Position numbers and translations under genes: made by a program. Below, piece after piece: positions 47,804 to 57,469 of a stretch of 64,000 nt of DNA. The notes beneath the pieces are model-generated. The model was not told the origin of the DNA, made no database searches, and saw only the letters and a list, made by a program, of their open reading frames with translations. Every line of letters begins with the position of its first letter. Positions within the stretch are counted from its first letter, which is position 1. Location: contig CACKRG010000006.1 of the NCBI GenBank assembly GCA_902602515.1, positions 4,867 to 68,866 of the forward strand. Direction: 5' to 3'. This DNA comes from an uncultured Alphaproteobacteria bacterium. GTDB taxonomy: Bacteria > Pseudomonadota > Alphaproteobacteria > HIMB59 > GCA-002718135.

Positions 47804-48808
47804 ATGAAAAAACTATTATCTATCTTTGCAGTTGCTGCATTTGCTTTCTCAGCTAATGCTGGAACTCTTGATGATGTAAAAAATAGAGGTTTTCTAAAAT
47901 GTGGAGTAACAACTGGTCTTGCTGGTTTTGCTGCTCCAGATGATAGCGGTGAATGGGCTGGTCTAGATGCAGATATGTGTCGTGCAGTTGCTGTAGCTGT
48001 TTTTGGAGACCGTTCAAAAGTAGAATTTATTACTACTACTGGTAAATCTCGTTTCCCAACATTAGCTTCAGGTGAAGTTGATATGTTAGCGAGAAATACA
48101 ACTTGGACAATTAGCCGTGATGTTAATCTTGGTTTTGAGTTCGTAGGTGTAAACTTCTACGATGGACAAGGTTTTATGGTTCCATCTGCTCTTGGTGTAT
48201 CAAGTGCAACTGAGCTTGATGGTGCTACTGTATGTATACAAACTGGTACTACTACAGAGTTAAATCTTGCTGACTTCTTTAGATTAAATGGAATTAGCTA
48301 CGAAGCACTTCCAATTGAAACTAATGATGAAGGTAAAGAAAACTTATTTGCTGGAAGATGTGATGTATACACAACTGATGCCTCAGGCCTTTCTTCAACA
48401 AGAGCTGCTGCATCTAATCCAAATAAATGGAAAGTATTACCAGAAATTATTTCAAAAGAACCACTTGGTCCTCTAGTAAGACACGGTGATCACCAGTGGG
48501 GTGACGTAGTTCGTTGGTCTTTAAATGCAATGATTATTGCAGAGGAACTTGGTGTAACTTCTGAAAACGTTGATGCTCAAATGAGCTCAAATGTTCCTGA
48601 AGTACTAAGACTTCTTGGTGTTGAAGGTAATTATGGAGAAATGCTTGAGCTAAGTAATGATTGGGCTTACCAAATTATTAAACAAATTGGTAACTACTCT
48701 GAATCATACGAAGCAAACGTTGGTCCAGACACACCTCTAGAAATTGCAAGAGGTTTAAATGCTCTATGGACTCAAGGTGGTATTTTATACGCACCTCCAT
48801 TCAGATAA
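47804..48808 (+). CDS. aapJ: General L-amino acid ABC substrate-binding protein (AapJ/BztA)
   Basis: RNTTWT, FYDGQGF, ISKEPLGP, YAPPFR. Confidence 0.95.
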   Translation: MKKLLSIFAVAAFAFSANAGTLDDVKNRGFLKCGVTTGLAGFAAPDDSGEWAGLDADMCRAVAVAVFGDRSKVEFITTTGKSRFPTLASGEVDMLARNTTWTISRDVNLGFEFVGVNFYDGQGFMVPSALGVSSATELDGATVCIQTGTTTELNLADFFRLNGISYEALPIETNDEGKENLFAGRCDVYTTDASGLSSTRAAASNPNKWKVLPEIISKEPLGPLVRHGDHQWGDVVRWSLNAMIIAEELGVTSENVDAQMSSNVPEVLRLLGVEGNYGEMLELSNDWAYQIIKQIGNYSESYEANVGPDTPLEIARGLNALWTQGGILYAPPFR

Positions 48809-48828
48809 ATCTTAATTAAATTTAACAC

Positions 48829-48856
48829 GGGGGGTTTTAAACCCCCCATTTTTTTT
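48829..48856 (+). terminator. Terminator-like hairpin between aapJ and aapQ
   Basis: GGGGGGTT-TTA-AACCCCCC followed by A and a T-run. Confidence 0.8.
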
Positions 48857-48869
48857 GTATAAACAAGTG

Positions 48870-50033
48870 ATGAGATCTAAACTAGGATTCTTTTCTGATG
48901 AGAAATTTAGATCCATTTTTTTTCAAACTTTAGTTGTAGGCTTATTTGCTTTAGGTTTATTTTTTGTAATTAATACAACTTCTTATAATTTAGAGAAAAG
49001 AAATATAGCAACTGGTTGGAGTTTTTTAAATAATCCAGCAGGTTTTGATATAAGTTTTTCACCATTTCTAGAATTTAAATCAACTGATACTCATCTTAAA
49101 GTTTATTTTGTTGGAGTTTTAAATACTCTTTTAGTTTCTGTTACAGGTTGTATAGCTGCAACAATTTTAGGTTTTATATTAGGTATAGTAAGATTGTCTT
49201 CAAACTGGTTATTGAGCCGACTAGTTTATATTTACGTTGAATTTTCAAGAAATGTTCCTTTACTTCTTCAAATCATTTTATGGTATAGTATTTTAATACA
49301 ACTACCTCGTGTTAAACAATCACTTCAGATACTTGATGTATTTTATATCTCTAATAGAGGATTGTATTCTCCAAGACCAATATTTGAAAGTGGATTTTCA
49401 TATGTATCAATAGCAATTGTATTGGCTTTAATTTCGAGTTTCTTAATAAAAAGATGGGCAAAAAAAAGACAAGATACTACAGGACAACAATTCCCAGTAT
49501 TTTCTAGCTCAATAGGATTAATATTTGTTATCCCATTAATTTTATTTTTTATTCTTGGTTCACCATTGTCTTTTGAGCATCCAGAAATGAAAGGTTTTAA
49601 TTTTAAAGGCGGCTTGGTAATTAGACCTGAGTTTATTGCAATGTTCTTAGCTCTATCTATTTATACAGCTGCCTTCATTTCAGAAATCGTTAGAGCAGGC
49701 ATAATGTCAGTATCAAAAGGTCAAAGAGAGGCTTCTGCTGCAATTGGTTTAAAACAAACATGGATAATGAGGCTGATTATTATCCCTCAAGCTCTTAGAG
49801 TTATTGTCCCTCCGCTAACAAGTCAATATCTAAACTTAACTAAAAATTCATCTTTGGGAATTGCTGTTGGTTATGCAGACCTAGTCCATGGTTTTGGAGG
49901 AATAAGTTTGAATCAAACTGGCCAGGCTATTGAATGTATGGCAATAGTTATGGCAACTTATTTATCAATTAGTCTTACAATATCATTTTTTATGAACATT
50001 TATAATAGAAGCATACAATTTAAGGAAAAATAA
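48870..50033 (+). CDS. aapQ: Amino acid ABC permease
   Basis: RNVPLLLQ, EIVRAGI, LNLTKNSSL; ATG 48870 preferred. Confidence 0.92.
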   Translation: MRSKLGFFSDEKFRSIFFQTLVVGLFALGLFFVINTTSYNLEKRNIATGWSFLNNPAGFDISFSPFLEFKSTDTHLKVYFVGVLNTLLVSVTGCIAATILGFILGIVRLSSNWLLSRLVYIYVEFSRNVPLLLQIILWYSILIQLPRVKQSLQILDVFYISNRGLYSPRPIFESGFSYVSIAIVLALISSFLIKRWAKKRQDTTGQQFPVFSSSIGLIFVIPLILFFILGSPLSFEHPEMKGFNFKGGLVIRPEFIAMFLALSIYTAAFISEIVRAGIMSVSKGQREASAAIGLKQTWIMRLIIIPQALRVIVPPLTSQYLNLTKNSSLGIAVGYADLVHGFGGISLNQTGQAIECMAIVMATYLSISLTISFFMNIYNRSIQFKEK

Positions 50034-51166
50034 TGAATGAAATAAATCAAGTTAGAAAACCTCCAGTTGCAACAACAGGTATTATTGGTTGGTTTAGAAT
50101 TAATTTATTTTTTAATTGGACAAACTCTTTAATAACTTTATTTGTTATTTATTGTTTGTATCAGTTTATTCCATGGATTTTAGATTGGACAATTTTCTCG
50201 GCTGATTTTAAATATAATTATCTTGGTGAACAAATTACAAATCAAGAAATGTGTTCACGAAATTTAGATCCTGAAAATGGTGGAGCTTGTTGGGCTGTTA
50301 TTTACGTAAGGTTTTATCAATTCATTTATGGATTTTATCCAAAGGTTGAAGTTTGGAGAGTTAATGTAGCATATGTTATGTTAGCAGTAGCGCTTTTGCC
50401 CCTTTTGTATACTCAACTTCCATATAGAAAATACTTTTTATATTTTACATATATCTTCCCTGTTATTGCTTATTTTTTACTTAATGGCGGATTAGGTTTT
50501 ACTGAAGTCTCTACAAATAAATGGGGCGGTCTTTTAGTAACACTCGTTTTGGGTTGTACTGGAATTGCACTAGCTTTTCCAATTGGTATTATGTTGGCAT
50601 TAGGCCGAAGATCTAAATTACCAGTTATAAGTATGATGTGTACATTGTTTATCGAATTTATAAGAGGTGTTCCTCTTATAACTTTATTATTTTTTGGAAT
50701 GGTAATGCTGCCTCTATTTTTGCCTGAAGGAATAGATATGGATGGATTGGTAAGAGTTCTTGTAGCAGTTACTTTATTTCAATCAGCTTATATGGCAGAA
50801 GTTATTAGAGGAGGTTTACAGGCAATACCTCCTGGTCAATATGAAGCTGCTAAATCACTTGGAATGTCTTATTGGAGAATGAACTTGTTAATTGTACTTC
50901 CTCAAGCTATTAGAATTTCAATTCCTCCCATTGTTAACACATCTATAGGTTTATTTAAGGATACAACATTGGTTATTATTGTAGGAATATTAGATTTATT
51001 AGGTATTGGAAGAGGTACTTTGGCAGATACAAATTGGTTAGGTTTGTCTTATGAAATTTACTTTTTTGTTAGTTTAGTGTTTTTTATATTCACATTTGGA
51101 ATGTCTAGATACAGTTTGTATTTGGAAAAGAAATTAAAAACAGGTATTAATATGGGAGCTGATTAA
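50033..51166 (+). CDS. aapM: Amino acid ABC permease
   Basis: WGGL, RGVPLIT, GQYEAA, FKDTTLV. Confidence 0.92.
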   Translation: MNEINQVRKPPVATTGIIGWFRINLFFNWTNSLITLFVIYCLYQFIPWILDWTIFSADFKYNYLGEQITNQEMCSRNLDPENGGACWAVIYVRFYQFIYGFYPKVEVWRVNVAYVMLAVALLPLLYTQLPYRKYFLYFTYIFPVIAYFLLNGGLGFTEVSTNKWGGLLVTLVLGCTGIALAFPIGIMLALGRRSKLPVISMMCTLFIEFIRGVPLITLLFFGMVMLPLFLPEGIDMDGLVRVLVAVTLFQSAYMAEVIRGGLQAIPPGQYEAAKSLGMSYWRMNLLIVLPQAIRISIPPIVNTSIGLFKDTTLVIIVGILDLLGIGRGTLADTNWLGLSYEIYFFVSLVFFIFTFGMSRYSLYLEKKLKTGINMGAD

Positions 51167-51167
51167 A

Positions 51168-51911
51168 ATGAGTGAAGAATCAATAATATCATTAAAAAAT
51201 GTTAACAAGTGGTTTGGAGATTTCCATGTATTGCAAGATGTAAATCTTGAAGTTAAGAAAAAAGAAAGAATTGTAGTTTGTGGCCCTTCTGGTTCTGGAA
51301 AATCTACAATGATCAGATGTATTAATAGATTAGAAGAGCATCAAGAGGGTTCAATTGTTGTTGATGGAATTGAGTTAACTGGAAATTTAAAAAATATTGA
51401 TAATGTTAGGAAAGAAGTTGGAATGGTATTCCAGCAATTTAATTTATTCCCTCATTTATCTGTAAAAGAAAATATAACACTAGCTCCAATTTGGGTAAAA
51501 AAAATGCCTAAAGCTGAAGCAGAGGAACTTGCTATGAGGCAGTTAGAAATAGTAAAAATTCCTGAACAAGCTAACAAGTACCCTGGTCAATTATCTGGTG
51601 GTCAACAACAAAGAGTAGCAATTGCTAGATCTCTTGCAATGAATCCTAACATAATGCTTTTTGATGAACCAACTTCAGCTCTGGATCCTGAAATGATTAA
51701 AGAAGTTTTGGATGTTATGGTTGATTTGGCAAATGGTGGAATGACAATGATTGTTGTTACTCACGAAATGGGTTTTGCTAAAACAGTTGCTGATAGAATG
51801 GTGTTTATGGATGAAGGCAAGATTGTTGAGGAGGCTAGCCCAGACAAGTTTTTTAATAATCCAGATAGTGATCGTACAAAGTTATTTTTAAGTCAAATTC
51901 TTCATCAGTAA
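51168..51911 (+). CDS. aapP: Amino acid ABC ATPase
   Basis: [27 protein letters not shown]. Confidence 0.95.
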   Translation: MSEESIISLKNVNKWFGDFHVLQDVNLEVKKKERIVVCGPSGSGKSTMIRCINRLEEHQEGSIVVDGIELTGNLKNIDNVRKEVGMVFQQFNLFPHLSVKENITLAPIWVKKMPKAEAEELAMRQLEIVKIPEQANKYPGQLSGGQQQRVAIARSLAMNPNIMLFDEPTSALDPEMIKEVLDVMVDLANGGMTMIVVTHEMGFAKTVADRMVFMDEGKIVEEASPDKFFNNPDSDRTKLFLSQILHQ

Positions 51912-51912
51912 T

Positions 51913-52614
51913 TTAAGATGATAGCAATAGATTAACCCTTCTATTCATTTTACCTTTGTTTTCTATTTTACCAATTTGAATTTTACCAATCTCATTAGTC
52001 GATCTCACATGTGTACCACCACATGGTTGTAAGTCAACATCGCCAATTCTAATCAATCTTATTTTACCATCTACTTGAGGAGGTTTTACCGACATAGTTC
52101 TTACAAGTTCAGGTTTTTGTTCCAATATACTACTTTCAATTACTTCGCTAGTAACGGAATGATTATCTTCAACTAACAAATTTATTTTTTCTTCCAATTC
52201 TTCTTTATTTATTAGTTTATCTGGATCATTAAAATCTAATCGACTTTTTTCATATCTAATTTGACCACCAGTTACTCCTAAAGGTATTATAGAACACAAT
52301 AAGTGCAATGCCGTATGCATTCTCATATGCTTGTATCGTAAATCCCAATTTATTTTTCCGATTATGTCATCATTCTTTTCAAGATGTTTGATATCATCTA
52401 CAATATTTATTATTTTATTATTTTCCTTAATAGTATCTAAAACTTGTATTTTACCGCCTTCAGTTTCAATTTCTCCTTTGTCTCCTGGCTGACCACCACT
52501 TTTTGCATAAAACGCTGTTTGATCTAATTCAATAAGTTTATCCTCTTTTACAATGTCTATAATTTTTGCTTTAAATTCTTTCAAATATGCATCATTTTCA
52601 AATAATTTTGTCAT
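51913..52614 (-). CDS. AlaX-type alanyl-tRNA editing protein
   Basis: GGQPGD, HTALH, CGGTH. Confidence 0.9.
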   Translation of the reverse strand: MTKLFENDAYLKEFKAKIIDIVKEDKLIELDQTAFYAKSGGQPGDKGEIETEGGKIQVLDTIKENNKIINIVDDIKHLEKNDDIIGKINWDLRYKHMRMHTALHLLCSIIPLGVTGGQIRYEKSRLDFNDPDKLINKEELEEKINLLVEDNHSVTSEVIESSILEQKPELVRTMSVKPPQVDGKIRLIRIGDVDLQPCGGTHVRSTNEIGKIQIGKIENKGKMNRRVNLLLSS

Positions 52615-52647
52615 AGCGTTTTTTAGCAGTATTTTAAAAATATTATA

Positions 52648-52691
52648 TTGACTTTTTTATTATTCTGGATAAATTAGAACAAAAATAGAAC
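52648..52691 (+). promoter_or_regulatory. umuD promoter with alphaproteobacterial LexA box
   Basis: TTGACT (52648) and TAAATT (52670), then GAAC-AAAAATA-GAAC (52677-52691), i.e. GAAC-N7-GAAC. Confidence 0.8.
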
Positions 52692-52753
52692 AAATAATTT
52701 TATAAATAATATAATTACTATTTATCAATTATTTAAATATTTTTTTTAATACT

Positions 52754-53191
52754 ATGTCTAAAAAAATAGAAAATTTAATATTCAAAGCTGAATCCAAAGT
52801 AGATCGAATAACTCCTTATTTTCTAGATACAGTATCTGCAGGCTTCCCATCTCCAGCTACTGATTATATGGAAAATAAACTCGATCTTAATGAGTATTTA
52901 GTTCAACACCCAACAGCAACGTATATTGTTAAAGCTAATGGCCCTTCAATGACCGATGCAGGTATATTATCAGGCGATCTACTTATTGTTGATAGAAGTA
53001 TTACACCTCGTAATGACAATATTGTTATAGCCTCCATCTTTGGTGACCTAACGGTTAAAAAATTAAAAAAGAAAGATCAGTCATTATTTTTAATTTCTGC
53101 CAATAGTGAGTATCCTAGTATTCAAGTTAAAGAAGAAATGGAGTGTTTTATATGGGGGGTAGTGACATATGTCATACACAAAACTACTTAG
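52754..53191 (+). CDS. umuD: DNA polymerase V subunit UmuD (S24 peptidase)
   Basis: SAGFPSPA autocleavage site, GPSM serine, TVKK lysine. Confidence 0.92.
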   Translation: MSKKIENLIFKAESKVDRITPYFLDTVSAGFPSPATDYMENKLDLNEYLVQHPTATYIVKANGPSMTDAGILSGDLLIVDRSITPRNDNIVIASIFGDLTVKKLKKKDQSLFLISANSEYPSIQVKEEMECFIWGVVTYVIHKTT

Positions 53192-54473
53192 TAGAAACCA
53201 TAGCTCAGTAAATCAATCTATAGCATTAATAGACTGCAACAATTTTTATGCGTCATGTGAAAGAATATTTAACCCAAAACTTATAGGAAAACCAATTGTT
53301 GTACTTTCAAATAATGATGGTTGTATCATAGCAAGGTCAAAAGAAGCAAAAAAATTAGGGATAAAAATGGGTGAACCTTATTTTAAAGCAAAAAATATTA
53401 TTGAAAAAAATGATGTTAAAGTTTTCTCATCTAACTATTCTTTGTATGGCGATATCTCTCAAAGAGTAATGGAGACTTTATCAAGTTTCTCTTCCGAAGT
53501 AGAAATCTATTCAATAGATGAAGCATTTCTTGGCTTAAATGGTTTTGAGAACTATGAGTTAAATACTTATTGTAGGCATATTAGCCAAACAATTAAGAAA
53601 TGGGTTGGTATTCCAGTTAGTATTGGAGTAGGCCCAACAAAAACCTTATCAAAAATATCTAATCATCTAGCAAAGCAAAAATCAGATTATCAAGGTGTAT
53701 GCATACTAAAAAATAAAATAGAAATAAAAAAAGCATTAGAATTAACATCTATTGAGGATGTATGGGGTATTGGAAGAAGATTATCTCTTTTCCTTAAAAA
53801 ATATAATATTTATAATGCTTATCAATTCTCACAAATAGATAGAGGGTGGATAAGAAAAAATATGGGTGTGGTAGGAGAGAAAACTTACCTAGAATTAAAT
53901 AGTGTATCATGTCTAGATCTTGATTTAATTCCCAGTGACAAAAAAAGTTGTTGTGTTTCAAGATCATTTAGTCATCCAATAGAGAAATTATTTGATTTAG
54001 AAGAATCAATATCAACTTATGGATCAAGGGCATCAGAAAAGATAAGAGAGGAGGGTTTGGTAGCAGAATCAATGAATATTTTTGTTTTAACAAATCATTT
54101 TAACCGAAGAGAAAGGCAATATTCTAACTCAATAAGACTTAATTTACCCTTTCCTACAAATAATAGTATTAAAATTGTTAAAAGGGCTCTTGAAGGAATT
54201 AGAAAAATTTACCGCCCTGGGTATCGTTATAAAAAAGCAGGAATTATATTATCTGGTCTCAGTAGGCATAACACTACGATGGGATTGCTTGATTATGATC
54301 GAGAAATTTCTGATAAGATGATGCAAACTATTGATAAGATAAATTCCAGGTATGGAAGTTCCACATTAAAAATTGCTTCTGAAGGTGTAGAAAAAGTATG
54401 GAAGATGAAAAGAGAAAATGTATCTCCATGTTATACAACAAGATTTGAAGAGCTAATTGAAGTAAAATCTTAA
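53169..54473 (+). CDS. umuC: DNA polymerase V catalytic subunit UmuC (Y family)
   Basis: DCNNFYASCE, VLSNNDGC, YSIDEAF, WKMKRENVSPCYTT. Confidence 0.94.
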   Translation: MSYTKLLSRNHSSVNQSIALIDCNNFYASCERIFNPKLIGKPIVVLSNNDGCIIARSKEAKKLGIKMGEPYFKAKNIIEKNDVKVFSSNYSLYGDISQRVMETLSSFSSEVEIYSIDEAFLGLNGFENYELNTYCRHISQTIKKWVGIPVSIGVGPTKTLSKISNHLAKQKSDYQGVCILKNKIEIKKALELTSIEDVWGIGRRLSLFLKKYNIYNAYQFSQIDRGWIRKNMGVVGEKTYLELNSVSCLDLDLIPSDKKSCCVSRSFSHPIEKLFDLEESISTYGSRASEKIREEGLVAESMNIFVLTNHFNRRERQYSNSIRLNLPFPTNNSIKIVKRALEGIRKIYRPGYRYKKAGIILSGLSRHNTTMGLLDYDREISDKMMQTIDKINSRYGSSTLKIASEGVEKVWKMKRENVSPCYTTRFEELIEVKS

Positions 54474-54817
54474 TCTAAATTACAATTTGTCATATCAAAA
54501 GATTTACTAGAAAGATATTCAACACGTTCTTTTAGTTTTCTTTTGTTAACTTTTTTATATCTCGTATAAGAACCTTTTTTCATATCAAGATTTTCTTCAT
54601 TAATAGATAAAAAAAGGCATGTATGATTGTAGATAAGTTCATCTGGAGAATCATCAGTTATAGCGTTTTCACCTCTATTGTATGACCCCCAAAGATCAAA
54701 TTTATCCTCATCTGTTAGATACAATCCAAATTGATAGAATTCTTTAGAAGAAGAGGTGAAGGATATAGAAAAAGTAGTTAGAAATAGAATAGGTATTATT
54801 AATATTCTTATAATCAT
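54470..54817 (-). CDS. Hypothetical exported protein
   Basis: 115-aa ORF with N-terminal hydrophobic signal; fills the gap between tRNA-Asn and umuC. Confidence 0.55.
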   Translation of the reverse strand: MIIRILIIPILFLTTFSISFTSSSKEFYQFGLYLTDEDKFDLWGSYNRGENAITDDSPDELIYNHTCLFLSINEENLDMKKGSYTRYKKVNKRKLKERVEYLSSKSFDMTNCNLD

Positions 54818-54875
54818 ATTATGTACGTAAAGTGAAAATTGAAAAAATAAAATATTAAAAATTAATAATTTAAGT

Positions 54876-54950
54876 TGGCTCCCCGGGCCGGGCTCGAACC
54901 AGCGACCTTAGAGTTAACAGCTCTCTGCTCTACCACTGAGCTACCAGGGA
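54876..54950 (-). tRNA. tRNA-Asn(GTT)
   Basis: Minus strand TCCCTGG...AGAG-CTGTTAA-CTCT...GGTTCGAG...CCGGGGA-GCCA. Confidence 0.96.
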
Positions 54951-54997
54951 ACACAGAAACGTTGTTAATAAAAAAAAATAAAAAAACAAGAGAAAAT

Positions 54998-55071
54998 TGG
55001 AGGCTCGGAGCGGAATCGAACCGCTGTGCAAGGCTTTGCAGGCCCCTACATAACCACTCTGCCACCGAGCC
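54998..55071 (-). tRNA. tRNA-Cys(GCA)
   Basis: Minus strand GGCTCGG...GGC-CTGCAAA-GCC...GTTCGATT...CCGAGCC-TCCA. Confidence 0.96.
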
Positions 55072-55195
55072 TAAAAAAAAGACAATTATCATTATATAAA
55101 TTCTAGTCAATCAATGAAAAAAAAATTCCTTAGATTAATAATTTAATTTATATAATTGAATAAATGTCAGGTATATATAAAGCATTCTTTAAAAA

Positions 55196-55855
55196 ATGAA
55201 TGAAACATTTGAAATAGCTAGAAAAAATATGGTCATAAATCAGTTGCGACCAAACAAAATTAATGAAGAGAATATTCTTAATATATTTGCAAATATACCA
55301 AAAGAAAATTATTTGGATAATAAATTATTTAAAAATTGCTATCTTGATAAAAATTTAGATATAATCGATAAAAGAGGTTATCTAAAAAATCTACATTTAG
55401 CTCAAATTATTAAATATTCAAAAATATCTGAAAATGACAAAGTATTACATTTAGGAGGTCTTACAGGATATTTTTCAACTTTAATAGGATTTCTTTGTAA
55501 AGAACTTGAAGTCGTTGAAGAGGACGAAGAATTATTTAACTCTCTTCAACAAAATATTAAAAAAAATAATACCTCAAATATCAACTTGTTTAATGATAGT
55601 TTACTAAATGGATTGCCAAGTAAATCACCATTTGATTTGATTATCATTGATGGCCCTATGTATAGAGTTAGCAAACATTTAAAACAGCAACTTTCAAGAA
55701 ATGGTGGTAGATTGATATATATAAAAAAGATATATGATAATTTGGGTAAAGCTTATAAAATTACAAGAAATGAAGATTTGTACTCTTCAATTTATTTATT
55801 TGATGTAATGAGTACTTATGAAATTCAAAGTAAGGAAAAGGAGTTTAAATTTTAA
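55196..55855 (+). CDS. pcm: Protein-L-isoaspartate O-methyltransferase family
   Basis: ARKNMVINQLRPN, PFDLIIIDG; pcm-tolC-popZ-valS synteny. Confidence 0.8.
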   Translation: MNETFEIARKNMVINQLRPNKINEENILNIFANIPKENYLDNKLFKNCYLDKNLDIIDKRGYLKNLHLAQIIKYSKISENDKVLHLGGLTGYFSTLIGFLCKELEVVEEDEELFNSLQQNIKKNNTSNINLFNDSLLNGLPSKSPFDLIIIDGPMYRVSKHLKQQLSRNGGRLIYIKKIYDNLGKAYKITRNEDLYSSIYLFDVMSTYEIQSKEKEFKF

Positions 55856-57142
55856 ATGAGATTTATATTTTTAATTTATTTATTTTTTAATTCAACAACA
55901 ACTTTAGCTTTATCAATAGATGATTCTGTAAAAAGTACTATTGCTAATAATTTAAAAGTAAAAATTGCCTTTGAAAAACTGAATGAAAGCAAAGAAACTA
56001 TTGAAGTAGCTATAGGTAAAAAACTTCCAACTGTTACTGGTACAATTACCGGTACCTATAGTAATAATGATACAACATCAGCAGCAGGTGCATCAACAAC
56101 ACCAGAAACTTTTACAGATAAGTATAAAATTAGTATTACTCAAAACTTGTATGATGGAGGTGAAAAAAATTTAGAAATTAAGAGATCAAAAATTATTTAT
56201 GAAAATGCAGTAATAAATTTTTATAAAACAGTCCAAAATCTATCATTATCTGCTATAGAAGGTTATTTAACCGTCATAAATTATGAAAAATCATTAGAGG
56301 CTTCTGAAAAAAATTTTGATTCTGTTTCAAGGTTTTTAGAAGAAGTAAAATTAAAATATGAATTAGGATCAGCAACCATAACTGAAATGAAAAATGCTGA
56401 AAGTGCTTTTTCAATTGCAGAAACAAATCTTTTTTCAGCTCAACAAAACTACAAAGTCAGCTTAAAAACATTTAAATCAATTGTTGGTAAAGAAGCTATT
56501 AATTTAGAAGATTATGTAAACATAGAAGGTGATTTAAATTTTGAAAATATACTATCTGAAGTTAATAAGAATAATTTTAATATTTTAATTGCTCAAAATA
56601 ATATTAAAATCAAAGAGCTTGATCTCTCAAAAGAAAAAGCTTCTAATAAACCTGCCTTAGATATAACTGCTTCAACAGAGTACTCTGATGGTTCACGAAT
56701 AGATGCTGGAACTGAAAATACTAACGCATCAATAGGCTTAACTTTAACAATTCCTATATTTCAACAAAATATCGATAAATCAGATATTAGAAAAATTAAT
56801 TCTCAAATATTACAAACTGAAATTGAGTTAGATGATCTTAAAGAAAGTTTAAATATTGAGGTATCAAACTATTATAAAAACTATTTAGTTAGTAAATCAA
56901 ATTTAAATACATCTTTATTAACTATAGAGTATGCAAATACTCTCCTTCAAAGCACTAAGGAGGAATACAACCTTGGGACCAAATCTATAACTGATCTAAT
57001 AGAGGCAGAAACTAATCTTTTAAACGTTAATGTCGAATATTTTAATGCAAATAAAAACTATCTTACTAATTACTTTAATTTACTAGCTTTAGACGGTTCA
57101 CTGATTAAATTATTTGATGAGTATCTCCCAAGCTATAATTAG
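55856..57142 (+). CDS. tolC: TolC-family outer membrane protein
   Basis: Signal peptide, QNLYDGG, YELG and YNLGTKS repeats. Confidence 0.85.
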   Translation: MRFIFLIYLFFNSTTTLALSIDDSVKSTIANNLKVKIAFEKLNESKETIEVAIGKKLPTVTGTITGTYSNNDTTSAAGASTTPETFTDKYKISITQNLYDGGEKNLEIKRSKIIYENAVINFYKTVQNLSLSAIEGYLTVINYEKSLEASEKNFDSVSRFLEEVKLKYELGSATITEMKNAESAFSIAETNLFSAQQNYKVSLKTFKSIVGKEAINLEDYVNIEGDLNFENILSEVNKNNFNILIAQNNIKIKELDLSKEKASNKPALDITASTEYSDGSRIDAGTENTNASIGLTLTIPIFQQNIDKSDIRKINSQILQTEIELDDLKESLNIEVSNYYKNYLVSKSNLNTSLLTIEYANTLLQSTKEEYNLGTKSITDLIEAETNLLNVNVEYFNANKNYLTNYFNLLALDGSLIKLFDEYLPSYN

Positions 57143-57179
57143 AGTTTTATTAATTTAATTAAACATTTATAATACTTAT

Positions 57180-57464
57180 ATGAATACAAAAAATTCAATC
57201 AATGAATCTCTTGAAGTCATACGAAGAGCACTTGAAGATGAAAAAAACGATTCAAATAAACATTCTTCATCTAATATTTTAATACTTAATCAAAAAGTTA
57301 ATAGTGATGGTACAATAAAATTACTTCAAAAAGACGAAGATATAAATAATGAAATTAACGATATTATAGACCAAAAACTCTCCTATCTTGTAGAACATAA
57401 AATTGAAAAAATACTTGAGGAGAAAATCCCAAAATTACTAAAAAATTATTTCGACTCAAAATAG
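57180..57464 (+). CDS. popZ: PopZ-like polar organizing protein (very short)
   Basis: N-terminal SINESLEVIRRALED resembles PopZ helix 1; helical C-terminus; lies between tolC and valS. Confidence 0.65.
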   Translation: MNTKNSINESLEVIRRALEDEKNDSNKHSSSNILILNQKVNSDGTIKLLQKDEDINNEINDIIDQKLSYLVEHKIEKILEEKIPKLLKNYFDSK

Positions 57465-57469
57465 TTACG

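Noticed and set aside
54862-55110. ORFs 54862-55110 (-) and 54875-55099 (+)
   Set aside because: They overlap tRNA-Asn and tRNA-Cys; spurious.
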